DNA of 64,000 nt from Mytilus californianus (taxonomy: Eukaryota). A program made the translations under genes and the position numbers. Shown here one piece after another: positions 60,701 to 64,000 of this stretch. The DNA is taken from contig NW_026262666.1 in assembly GCF_021869535.1 (NCBI RefSeq), positions 1,736,001 to 1,800,000 of the forward strand. The letters are read 5' to 3'. Each line of letters begins with the position of its first letter. Positions within the stretch are counted from its first letter, which is position 1. The notes beneath the pieces are model-generated. The model did not search any database and was not told the origin of the DNA. It worked only from the letters and a program-made list of their open reading frames with translations.

Positions 60701-63162
60701 ATATTTTACGGCTTGTTAGTTTAATTTCAGAAAAATTTGGTTACGAGGTTCCAGAAACTTGTGTTGGTTTTTTTCATTTTTGCTTTTTTTTGTATTTGTA
60801 TTTTTTTTCTTTTACGTGTTTTTTTTCCCCGTATCTGACCAAGATAATAAACAAGAGGCTCGCAAGAGCCTGAATCAATCACCTTTAAGTTTTTACTTGA
60901 ATATTTCATCAATGATTATTTTTGCTTTTCAATAAATATTAATGAGTGGCTTAAAAATGCCATTTAAATGTTCATTGTATCTGTCATATTTTCCTCAAAA
61001 GCAAAAAAATGCATTTTACCCCTATGTTTCACTTTAGCCATAGTGGCTATGTTTCTTGACGTACAAGGAAACAAAATACAAAATTTATACTAGATACTCT
61101 GAAACTCATTCAGCCCAAGTTTGGCTGAAATTGATTCAGCAGTTTCAAAGTAGAAGATTTTTTAAAGTAAGCAAACTAGATGAACAAATTGTGAAAAATT
61201 GTCTTTAAAGGGCAATAGCTCCTTAAGGGGTCAATTGACAATTTTTGTTATATACACTTATTTGTAGATCTTAGATTGTTGAACATTTTTGCTGTTTACA
61301 GTTTATCTTTATCTATAATAATATTCAAGATAATAACCGAAAACTGCAAAATTTCCTTTAAATCATCAATTCAGGGGCAATAACCTAAAATTCAGATATC
61401 CGATTTTACTGATAATTTCAGGGCAGGTAGACTTTGACCTAATGAATACTTTAACTTCTTGTCTGATTTGCTCTAAATGCTTTAGTTTTTGAGATATAAG
61501 TCAAAAACTGCATTTTACCCATTGTTCTATTTTTAGCCATGGCGGCCATGTTTTCTGAGGAAACATAAAATAATGCACAAACTTTATTCTAGATAACCTA
61601 AGAATCATTCAGCTTAAGTTTGGTTCAATTTGGTTCTGTAGTTTCAGAGGAGAAGATTTTTTAAAGTTAGAAAACATGATAAACAAATTGTGTAAAATTG
61701 TCTTTAAAGGGCAATAACTCCTTCAGGGATCAATTGACAATTTTGATCATTAAACTTATTTGTAGATCTTACCTTGCTGGACATTTTTGCTGTTTACAGT
61801 TTATCTTTATCTATAATAATATTCAAGATAATAACCAAAAACAGCAAAATTTCCTTGAAATTAACAATTTAGTGGCAGCAACCCAACAATGGGTTGTCAG
61901 ATTCATCTGAAAATTTCAGGGCTGATAGAACTTGATCTAATGAACATTTTTACCCATGTCAGATTTGCTCTAAATGCTTTATTTTTTTAGATATAAGCCA
62001 AAAACTGCACTGTACCCTTATGTTCTATTTTTAGCCATGGCGGCCATGTTTTTTGACGAAACAGAAAATAAAACACAAACTTTATTTTAGATACCCTAAG
62101 GATCATTCAGCTTAAGTTTGGTTGGAATTGGTTAATTGTTTCAGAGGAGAAGATCTTTGAAATAGTTTACACCGGACGGACGACGGAAGACGGACGAAGG
62201 ACGCCAAGTGATGGCAAAAGCTCACATTTCCTTTTAGGAAAGGTGAGCTAAAAAGTAGATGTGGTATGTTTGCCAATTAGACAACTATCCACTAAGGATC
62301 AAATGACGAAGATGTAACCAATTGTTTTATTTTGAAAAAATAAACTTGTCATTATATGGTTTTGCCTATTCGTTCAGTTGGGGTTGTCTTTACATTTAAC
62401 ATTGTAATAAATTGTCTTTACTTTCAAAATTCAAAAGTAACGCATTTTGTGTGTTTCTCACAGGTTAAATAACTACGAAAAGAAATTTAGAGTAACCTCT
62501 ATTGTTTTAACATCTTTAAAACAAATAAAATATAAATTCTACCTGCCAGTCTTGCCATACGTTTTCTCGCCCATGATTGGATAAGGATCCGGAACATGAG
62601 ATCGATATTCGGGATATCTCTCCTGAATCATTGCCCAGCATTTTCCTATCAATGTGGCAGTGTATGTTGACAGCAATGTAAATACAACTATTAAAACAAA
62701 CCCAATCCATCCTGTAAAAGAATTTTATCTAGCTTGAAAAAAAATTGAAATAATTTTTGTGTTTTCACCCGTACCCGGATTTTTTAAACCGTGCTCTTGA
62801 GACATCTTGCACCTCCCCTATCCAAGGCCCTTAACCGATCATACAACAAAGCAAAATAAAAAATGGCTTATGTGAGTCGAGGAATATAAGATAAAGATCT
62901 TTTTTAATTTAGGAATTTAAGGTGTTTGGTTTTCTAACTGGAAAATAGATCATACTGAGAAACATTATTTTATATTATCAGATCAAACTTTATGTCTGGA
63001 AATCTTTGTAATAAATTAAAACATTGTTACACAATTCAGCTAGCCGTTACATCATTACTGTACCTGTATCGTCTACAGCCCTAGGCAAAGCCAACACACC
63101 AACACCTGCTATCTCTCCAATAATAAACACTGCTGTTGTACATATAGTCAAACCCTGCATGT
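51779..63162 (-). CDS. Amino acid transporter, Aa_trans/AAAP family, paralog B (8 exons seen; apparent 1-nt frameshift in exon 7)
   Basis: GT-AG exons 63064-63162, 62543-62711, 59109-59297, 56897-57141, 56236-56442, 52639-53043, 51779-51935 (ends ...[11 protein letters not shown]); seven are listed with coordinates and a further upstream 5' exon is implied by the acceptor at 63163; motifs [52 protein letters not shown]. Confidence 0.9.
53108..56075 (-). mobile_element. Degraded LINE (RTE-X/CR1-like RT) in a transporter B intron
   Basis: [49 protein letters not shown] motifs with many stops; (ATTTGA)n tail near 53108. Confidence 0.88.
53937..54592 (-). mobile_element. About 600-bp non-coding retroposon, copy 2, nested in the LINE
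   Basis: 13-bp TSD gactgcaagctac (53924-53936, 54593-54605); removal restores LINE reading [12 protein letters not shown]; contains a C20 run at 54334-54353. Confidence 0.88.
60850..62255 (+). mobile_element. HINE/Helentron-like non-autonomous element with internal about 498-bp tandem repeats
   Basis: Starts acaagaggctcgcaagagcc; ttttagccat recurs with about 498-bp period; ggac microsatellite; 3' hairpin agctcac...gtgagct followed by an A run. Confidence 0.7.
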
Positions 63163-64000
63163 CTGTGGCAAATTGTTAACAACTGAGAAAATAACAAAGT
63201 AGTATCACTAGGGCAACGAACCAGAAAAATCATAAAAGTTCAGAAAAATTTCCTGTAATAAAAATTAAGTATAGATATAACACATACAAACAAAAACTGT
63301 TCGCGCGTACATCATTGTCATTTTATCACTGTGGCAAAATGTTATCAGCCAAATTAAAAGTAATATCTTAAAACGGGTGTTGGTTTGACATTTGCACAAA
63401 TTTCCTAAAGACACAGTATTACTCTGTATATTTTATTGTATATTACACTTCTGTAAAGATGTATGCTACGCTTCCGTATAAAGTGCGTACTGCCTTTGCG
63501 ATCGAAATGTGTACTGAGCAATTTTCTTGTAATCAACGCTAGATAAAGAAATGCAGAATATGAAATTAACACTTTTAATATTTGGTGCTTTCGAAGCCTT
63601 ATGATATATACAAAAAGAAGAAGTGATATGAATGCCAACTAGACAACTATCCACTAAAGACCGAAAGACAAGGATGTATATATAGAAGATAGTCAAAATG
63701 TATTACATGTACATCTAAATTTTATCTTATTTAATTCTCTTGCAGATTGCTAAATTTATATAAAGTTCTGAGCCACAGAAAATTTTAAAAATGAAACGTT
63801 TTGTAGTTTAAATGTGTTATATAAGAAGATGTGATTAAGTTTCAATACAAGTATTTTAGATAAAATTTGATTAATCTATTTGAAGTTAAAGTACCATTTC
63901 GCAAAAGCAAAATGTTTACATAACTAACCAAAGTGGGGAAAAAGTTTCGGAACCGTAAACAAGTGTTTTTGAACTCTATCGAAAATATTGCAGAAAAGTA

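Overview
AT-rich, repeat-dense eukaryotic nuclear DNA. The dispersed repeats and gene families look like a bivalve (mussel-like) genome, which is my inference and was not searched. Host genes: two multi-exon Aa_trans (SLC32/36/38-type) amino acid transporter paralogs on the minus strand plus an inverted 5' pseudogene fragment of a third, and three intronless RING/B-box/coiled-coil/beta-propeller TRIM-like copies (one intact, two decayed). The most striking object is a very young 10.65-kb Ty3/Gypsy element (9264-19918, minus strand, CCTT target-site duplication). It has gag, pol and a class I fusion (baculovirus-F/errantivirus-like) env, a chromodomain on the integrase, gag and pol in one frame separated by a single UGA, an env with a second membrane-protein module, and asymmetric ends (514-bp 5' LTR versus about 1.76 kb at the 3' end). 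Also present: a 3-kb near-perfect palindromic element with TAC..GTA ends and a 6-bp flanking duplication, minimal hammerhead ribozymes in Penelope-like repeats, a 600-bp non-coding retroposon family with a structured core, and several LINE, SINE and MITE fragments.
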